Source: a virus. Taken from it: a stretch of 64,000 nucleotides of DNA. Made by a program: the position numbers and the translations under genes. Positions 61,701-64,000 of this stretch are shown piece by piece. The DNA lies in IMG/VR virus record IMGVR_UViG_3300046370_000202, one strand, 5' to 3'. Numbering within the stretch: the first letter of the stretch is position 1; each line of letters starts with the position of its first letter. The notes beneath the pieces were generated by a model. It did not search any database, was not told where the DNA came from, and saw nothing but the letters and a program-made list of their open reading frames with translations.

Positions 61701-62608
61701 GTGTTTTGTACGATCTGAGAAGATAACGCATCTCGGGAAGTTGCTGCCGCATCTAATCGTTGATTTAAATCCGAATCATTTTGGGACAACGTTGCGGACA
61801 GTGAAGTCACGTCCTCAGACAATATTTGTAAGTCAGAATCTGTTTGTTGAATTAGTGCGGTCAAAGAGTTCGTAGCGGACGCGACAGCAGAATCTGTGTT
61901 ATTAGATAAGGAAGACTCTAAGTTAGTGATCTGTTGCGACAGTATCGTTAACTCAGAATCATTCGCATTAATCATTGCGGTGAGGCTGTCAGTAGCAGTG
62001 GCGACCGCTGAGTTTGTATTGTTTGTTAATGAAACTTCTAAATCTGTTACTTGCTGTGCCAATACCGTGACGTCGGAGTCGGTTTCTTGTATCAATGATG
62101 TAAGACTTGTGGTCGCCGTTGATACTGCTTCGCCGATATCCGTTGTTAATGATGTATTTAATTCGGTGATCTGCTGTTGAAGTTGAATAAAGTCACTATC
62201 AACTATGCTTAAAATCGTCGCAGTATCTAAATTCGCATTAGATAATGCAATAATATCTGCAGAATCTAGACCTTCAGGAATCAATGCGAGAACTTGTGAT
62301 GAATCTAGTCCGGCGCTATCGATAGCAGACTGCATCCCGATAAGGATCGCGTCGTGATTATCAACCCTAGCGCTCAGCAAAGTAATTGAACTTTGGTTTG
62401 CGATGATTCCGGATAGATCAACACCGTCCATGGCATCATCTACAGCATTCGTCACGTAGTTAGATAAAAACTCAACGGTCACATCACCTAATGTAGTGAT
62501 CTCATAGAGTTCTTGGAAGTTAAGATTGATCTTTTCGCTGGCTTCGCGGAGTGTATCTCCCGTACCGTCGTTTGCTGATCCACCAGTGTTTAGAATTCTT
62601 CTTGTCAT
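58733..62608 (-). CDS. 1291-aa fibre: gp9/gp10-type baseplate anchor, coiled coil, 88-aa tandem repeats, DUF1983/J-like C-terminus
   Basis: N-terminal NTGGSANDGTGDTLREASEKINLNFQELY; C-terminal GEFTGFEL...SEFIITARDF.V...APFKV...RVKIGLL. Confidence 0.8.
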   Translation of the reverse strand: MTRRILNTGGSANDGTGDTLREASEKINLNFQELYEITTLGDVTVEFLSNYVTNAVDDAMDGVDLSGIIANQSSITLLSARVDNHDAILIGMQSAIDSAGLDSSQVLALIPEGLDSADIIALSNANLDTATILSIVDSDFIQLQQQITELNTSLTTDIGEAVSTATTSLTSLIQETDSDVTVLAQQVTDLEVSLTNNTNSAVATATDSLTAMINANDSELTILSQQITNLESSLSNNTDSAVASATNSLTALIQQTDSDLQILSEDVTSLSATLSQNDSDLNQRLDAAATSRDALSSQIVQNTNSISVESQRITSLSSELNQLDSNLGTSISANSTATNLLETRVEQTEGNIVSQSSQITNLGSQIASIDSDLGVRIDAEAGARQSLETLVQQNDSGISILSQSVTQLEVSLDAIDESDLRAGIQANGLALDSMATQIIQTDSDLVVISQRVLQLDAALQEGIDSDLVVAILSSTTDDLYALVGQNSDELFALGGRVTSVEQELLNAIDSDFVVTATTSVEDALRSEIRSDSEITSIVNSKITEFSSSLTYEQAGVAATLVSDAKDELRSEIRTDGEINSLIDTKITEINQGVSYATDSEVTVLVNDATDQLRSEIRTDGEINNLINTKITEFDQSLDRVTDGELTSATNTVKDELRAELLDNAEATAIVNTKITEFSGTLNYETAGVAATLVSDAKDELRSEIRTDGEINTLIDTKITTFDQSLDRVTDGELTSATNSVKDELRAELLDNAEATAIVNTKITEFSGTLNYETAGVAATLVSNAKDELRSEIRTDGEINTLIDTKITTFDQSLDRVTDGELTSAVNSAKDELRSELLDNAEATAIVNTKITEFSGTLNYETAGVAASLVSDAKDELRSEIRTNGEINSLIDTKITTFDQSLDRVTDGELTNAVNSAKDELRSELLDNAEATAIVNTKITEFSGTLNYETAGVASSLVSAAKDELRSEIRTNGEINSLIDTKITTFDQSLDRVTDGELTSAVNSAKDELRSELLDNAEATAIVNTKITEFSGTLNYETAGVAATLVSNAKDELRSEIRTDAEVNSLIDTKITTFDQSLDRVTGGELTSAVNTAKQELESQILSSEAITSIVNAEITSFESELDLNGTYATVGTTSTLSGRIDATEGNIATIQSAGYVLDADVEGVVATATQSLENRVTANENGLINIDQRYTVGLNANGEFTGFELRNSTDGASTDSVSEFIITARDFQVRTGSGNGTAPFKVTDGVVELQDTQVKGNLNVGVGQSGARTEITDDGIKIYDGSGLRVKIGLL
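59255..61045 (-). repeat. Tandem 264-bp (88-aa = 2 x 44-aa) coding repeat; five near-identical units plus diverged flanking halves
   Basis: Unit DELRSEIRTDGEINTLIDTKITTFDQSLDRVTDGELTSATNSVKDELRAELLDNAEATAIVNTKITEFSGTLNYETAGVAATLVSNAK; boundaries approximate. Confidence 0.9.
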
Positions 62609-62609
62609 T

Positions 62610-63560
62610 TTACCCGCCGTGTTCTTCTGCGTCTAGATTTTCGTAGGTTTGTGATAAATCAAGTGTACCATCATCTAGTGTAGGTGGTTTCACGCCAGCC
62701 CATTCTCCGACCGTACCGAAGTCGTCGGATAGTTGTTGCAGTGTAATTGTATCGTACTTATCAAGAGTCTCAAGCGAACTAATGATAATACCTGTACCAT
62801 CGTCCTTCTGCGCCTGCGTACGTGCGTCGACCGGATCGTTCTCTTCCATAACGAGTAGAGAGTAGGTCGGAGCGAGGCTGCCTGACTGAGTTGTTTCAAG
62901 AACGACTGGGTAGTTAGGGATTTCTAATGGATCGGTCGTCTGACCTGCCATTACATTTAGGTCACTAAACCCTTGAGTCTCTGTCTCGCCCGCCAGATAG
63001 AACCCCGCAGGGTGTACCATCTTCTTGTACATTGCTTCGTAATCAGAGAACGATAGAGGTGTTTTTAAAAGAACTGAAAAGATCTGATATCGTCTGTCGT
63101 CTTGAATGTACTTCAATGAACTTGGTCCAATCAGAGACCCGTTTGGTTTATCGTTTAGCTTAAAAATGTTCTTCTTTGGATATGTAACTTCAATGTCCAC
63201 ACCATAGAAGGCTTTGAAAAATTGTTCTGCAGATAGTTGTGTGCCTTTGGATCTATAGAACCTTGATAGAAGGCGCGTCATAAATCTTGGGTCTGCATTT
63301 ACATTCTGATCAAACGAATCGGTATCTAAACCATCGCTGATTTCTCCTAACAACAAATCCAAATATTCTAAATCGGTAGTTGAGATATTACGTATATCAA
63401 TCAAGTTTTTGATTATATGATCTACGGATTCCTCTTTCTCAAAATCATAATATGTTTCTAGAAAAGAAACAAACAACGGATACTCTTCCTGAAAAAACGG
63501 AGGCAGTACTTGAGATACTTTTGATTGGTGAAATTTAGGATCTATTCTTAAATCTGACAT
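62610..63560 (-). CDS. Baseplate wedge subunit, compact gp7-like
   Basis: LP.FFQEEYPLFVSFLETYY, FYRSKGT..S...FF..FYG, IQDD..YQ.FS, HPAGF; follows gp6. Confidence 0.78.
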   Translation of the reverse strand: MSDLRIDPKFHQSKVSQVLPPFFQEEYPLFVSFLETYYDFEKEESVDHIIKNLIDIRNISTTDLEYLDLLLGEISDGLDTDSFDQNVNADPRFMTRLLSRFYRSKGTQLSAEQFFKAFYGVDIEVTYPKKNIFKLNDKPNGSLIGPSSLKYIQDDRRYQIFSVLLKTPLSFSDYEAMYKKMVHPAGFYLAGETETQGFSDLNVMAGQTTDPLEIPNYPVVLETTQSGSLAPTYSLLVMEENDPVDARTQAQKDDGTGIIISSLETLDKYDTITLQQLSDDFGTVGEWAGVKPPTLDDGTLDLSQTYENLDAEEHGG

Positions 63561-64000
63561 TACAAATCAACCTTTACTACACCCGTATCTACGTTGGAAT
63601 AAGTTGTCGATAAGTCCTCATCGATCGTCAGAATATAATTTCTCAAAGGCGATATTGTACTTTGATTCGCTGGAGTGCCACTTATCTTGATAACCCCATC
63701 GACGTAACTATTTTCATCTACAGTGAGTGCAGATAAAAACACCGTCCCCTTTGCGGGTTCGTAATATCCGATATTATCTACTCTAACCACATTATCCATA
63801 TCCAACAACTGCAGCTTAGTAGAACCAAGTTTGTTCTTGATGATAACGTTATGTCCGTTTGATTTAAAAACAGACGAAGTGATAACATGGTCATCTTTGT
63901 CTGGATTCGATAAGAAAACAGGGAATTTCACTTTAAAGTCCTGTTCTATTTTATCGACGATCTCCAACTGTTCGTTTTGTCTCTTCTCGTTCAGTTCGGT
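63560..64000 (-). CDS. gp6: Baseplate wedge gp6, C-terminal part (5' end outside the window)
   Basis: Frame is open to the window edge (TELNEKRQNEQLEIV...); ITSS.F, NIG.Y....G.V.L, I.ISGTPAN...I..LRN.IL.ID is a gp6-type C-terminus. Confidence 0.78.
   Translation of the reverse strand, partial: TELNEKRQNEQLEIVDKIEQDFKVKFPVFLSNPDKDDHVITSSVFKSNGHNVIIKNKLGSTKLQLLDMDNVVRVDNIGYYEPAKGTVFLSALTVDENSYVDGVIKISGTPANQSTISPLRNYILTIDEDLSTTYSNVDTGVVKVDL

Noticed and set aside
63560-63967. Stand-alone 135-aa gene
   Set aside because: The frame stays open to the window edge; it is the C-terminus of gp6.

Overview
This 64-kb window is the virion morphogenesis region of a large T4-like myovirus with marine-type gene order (no gp24 seen). 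Every credible gene is on the minus strand. In transcription order: gp6 (partial), gp7-like, a 1291-aa fibre, gp8, a DUF4815/VrlC-like baseplate protein, a fibre/adhesin cluster, gp13-gp20, gp67-like, a glycosyltransferase, a small internal-head-like protein, gp21-gp23, gp3, UvsY and UvsW. T4 late promoters (TATAAATA) and intrinsic terminators punctuate it. The standout is the 1800-aa protein at 42296..47698. Its two ~650-residue tetrapeptide-repeat arms are mirror-complementary at the amino-acid level in one gap-free antiparallel register (i+j=2042), with pairing rules such as Arg opposite Gly/Ser and unit-initial Arg/Ser opposite Phe/Tyr. The stem ends in a fork of two short stems, each capped by a small tip domain, like an RNA stem-loop built from protein. 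Both arms carry matched 84-bp duplications at mirrored positions, and the gene is followed by a glycosyltransferase and an oxygenase-like gene. Also notable: a 5165-aa coiled-coil fibre with four beta-propeller-like inserts at equivalent sites, gp15 fused to DUF285/BspA-like repeats, two fibres with lambda-J-like C-termini, and frequent Asp-Ser-Asp motifs across virion proteins. All calls come from manual motif recognition; no database searches were run.
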